Positions 62,099 to 64,000 of a DNA stretch of 64,000 nucleotides are shown piece after piece (positions within the stretch are counted from its first letter, which is position 1; every line of letters begins with the position of its first letter). The position numbers were made by a program, and so were the translations under genes. Source of the stretch: Heterodontus francisci (taxonomy: Eukaryota); contig NC_090413.1 in the NCBI RefSeq assembly GCF_036365525.1, positions 24,722,601 through 24,786,600 on the forward strand. The letters are read 5' to 3'. The notes below the pieces were generated by a model. That model was given only the letters and a program-made list of their open reading frames with translations, made no database searches and was not told the origin of the DNA.

Positions 62099-62261
62099 AT
62101 CCCCAAAGACAGAATTCCAAAAGAAACTAGATCGACCCAGTATGTCGTGTTGGAAGCATCATCTACAGCGTTTAACTTGGAGAAACTCATCCGTATTTCG
62201 TATAAAACAGGACACATATTTATCCAGACTGATAAACCAATCTATACACCAGCCCAAACTG
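62099..62261 (+). CDS. C3: Complement C3 exon 3 (MG1-MG2)
   Basis: IPKDRIPKETRSTQYVVLEASSTAFNLEKLIRISYKTGHIFIQTDKPIYTPAQT contains the thioester-protein-family FIQTDKPIYTP signature; tttctag acceptor, gtaac donor. Confidence 0.92.
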
Positions 62262-62943
62262 GTAACTATAGCTGCAATTTTTCTAATATATCTCCAGTGC
62301 ACAAGTATATAATGGGTGGGGTGCGAAAAACGGGATGACGAGGCCTTAGCTCATCAAATTGAGGGATGTTGGGAATGGAGAATGGAAGTCTTCCCATTTC
62401 AGGGATAAGAGTGGCTGCATTAAACAATCCCAAGCCATATGTTGAAGCACATCTTCACGCAAAGGGTGGTAAAAGTTTGGAACTCACTCCTGCAAATGGC
62501 AATTAATGCTGGATCAATTGCTAAATTTAAAACTGAGATTGATAGAGTTTTGTTAACCAAAGGTATTAACATAAGACCATAAGAAGTAGGAGCAGAAGTT
62601 GACCGTACGGCCCGTTGAGCCTGCTCCGCCATTCAATATGATCATGGCTGATCTTCTGCCTCAATTCCACTTTCCCACCCTGTCCCCATACCCCTTTGAT
62701 TCCCTGAGAGATCAAAAAATCTATTGATCTTAGCCTTGAACATAATGGTGCAGCATCCACAGCCTTCAGGAAGAGCAACAACAGGTATATAGAGTTAGGT
62801 CACATGATCTCACTGAATCATGGAACAGGCTTGAATGGCTAAATGACTTACTCCTCTTCCTATATCCCCATATTCCTACGATACAGCCACATCCTCTACA
62901 CTACCCCAACAGCATATCTCAGCTCAACCTCAACAGCAGTCCC

Positions 62944-63193
62944 TGTTGTGTGTGTACACCTTTAAAAGATGTGGCTACAAGATCATGTTAGTCATGTAAG
63001 AGCTATGATGTAACACACCATGTGATTCTGAGTGTTAGGCAGTCTTGAAGATACACCTGTACAGTAACCATCTCAATGTAATTGCTGCTCTCTAATCAAT
63101 AAAGAACACACAATATTGTGTTACTGATCCCATCTTTGGTGATCAGTCTTTGCGTACAGTCTATACAAACACAGAGGTTCAAGAAACGCAACA
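62944..63193 (+). mobile_element. 250-bp solo LTR with 5-bp TSD
   Basis: TGTTGTGT...ACGCAACA inverted ends, internal AATAAA, perfect GTCCC direct repeats on both flanks. Confidence 0.8.
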
Positions 63194-63221
63194 GTCCCTA
63201 CTGCACCAGTGTAATATTTTA

Positions 63222-63947
63222 TCCTACGCCTATGGATACACGACCCACCCACGCTAGCATGCATACACGATATACACATGCAGATAGAGACAGAACAGAG
63301 CAGAAGAAATAAAGTGGAAAAGATTGAGGCAATCTCTGAAAAGGGTATTTGTTACGGATCTTCAAGCTCATGGTAGAGTCCTTGATTGTAGGTCGATCTT
63401 GCTTTTCATTGGGGCCCAGTATTTTTCTTAAACCTTGTTCACTAGAGGAGATTTTTCGCTCTTGGGGTTCATGTGTCTTCAGTGAATTTGCAGTCCCGTG
63501 AGAAAGAGATGGGAGCAGACAGACAGGAGAGGCTGTGGTGAGCCAGCCAGGAGTGGCCTTTTCAGTCCAGGAGAAAACAGACACTCTCCGTTCAAACTGT
63601 TTTGCACAATTCAGCAAAACCCAGCTTGCCTAGCAGGTTAGTCATGTGACCAGCAGGTCTGACCACGTCTGTTTGTGGATTCTCTGGTCTGAGCCAACCC
63701 TGGAATGTCTCTTCTTACACACAATACCTGGTGCTCAAAGTCCATTATGGGTTAAATTGGAGCAGGGAATAGCTCCTTTGTCCTTCCAAGCCCTGGCTGT
63801 TGGTATGCAAAAATGTTTTTCCAGCCAAGGGTTTGGTGATTTTTTTTTATCAAGTCCTTTCTTCACTTCAGCAACAGTTTGAAATTTAATGTCCATATAG
63901 CGAAATTAATATGCCTCATTTTTGGCAGGTGCAGGTCTAGCATGACA
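63222..63947 (-). mobile_element. Truncated LTR, same family as 2252-3142, inverted
   Basis: Reverse complement starts TGTCATGCTAGACCTGCACCTGCCAAAAATGAGGCATATTAATT, matching tgtcatgctaggcccccacctgccaagaatgaggcacattaatt at 2252; similarity continues for about 700 nt. Confidence 0.8.
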
Positions 63948-63997
63948 ATTATGAAAGCATGTAATATGGATTAATCATTGTCTCCTTCTTTCTCTAG

Positions 63998-64000
63998 TTC
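63998..64000 (+). CDS. C3: Probable first bases of C3 exon 4 (cut by window end)
   Basis: Strong polypyrimidine acceptor ctccttctttctctag; G|TT gives the Val expected after ..YTPxxT. Confidence 0.55.

Larger units (their letters stand above)
57167..64000 (+). other. C3: Gene span (5' part): complement C3, continues beyond the window
   Basis: Signal-peptide exon plus MG1/MG2 exons with a consistent phase chain (2, 0, 1) and C3-like sequence. Confidence 0.85.

Noticed and set aside
57167-62261. C4, C5, alpha-2-macroglobulin or CD109
   Set aside because: Exon 2 (APNLLRVESEE..VVEAH) aligns best with the C3 N-terminus and synteny supports C3; C4 cannot be fully excluded without the rest of the gene.

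Overview
Vertebrate genomic DNA, almost certainly a cartilaginous fish (shark), judged from HE1-like V-SINEs, DeuSINE-like SINEs, CR1 and Penelope-like repeats. It is not prokaryotic and has no CRISPR array. I reconstructed four protein-coding genes by hand from splice sites and reading frame; family assignments rest on my recall of the proteins, not a database search. (1) The last two coding exons and 3'UTR of GPR108 (+, 1100-3375). (2) A complete 6-exon RDH8-like SDR paralog (-, 13073-19361, 315 aa). (3) A complete 6-exon canonical photoreceptor retinol dehydrogenase RDH8 (-, 34790-46640, 317 aa, ending CNCFRNRAVSPN). (4) Exons 1-3 and the start of exon 4 of a complement C3 gene (+, 57167-64000) with a liver-type promoter. 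Much of the rest is transposon-derived: CR1 LINEs (one near full length), a second LINE family, Tx1, Penelope-like elements with minimal hammerhead ribozymes, LTRs, hAT and Harbinger MITEs, and SINEs. Main points of interest: the order GPR108-RDH8like-RDH8-C3 joins two neighbourhoods that are separate in human (GPR108-C3 and RDH8-C3P1); the two RDH8 copies differ in C-terminal targeting signal and apparently in promoter type; several hammerhead ribozyme motifs are present; and GPR108 has a candidate 3'UTR intron or alternative last exon. Exon coordinates are base-exact; most repeat boundaries are approximate.
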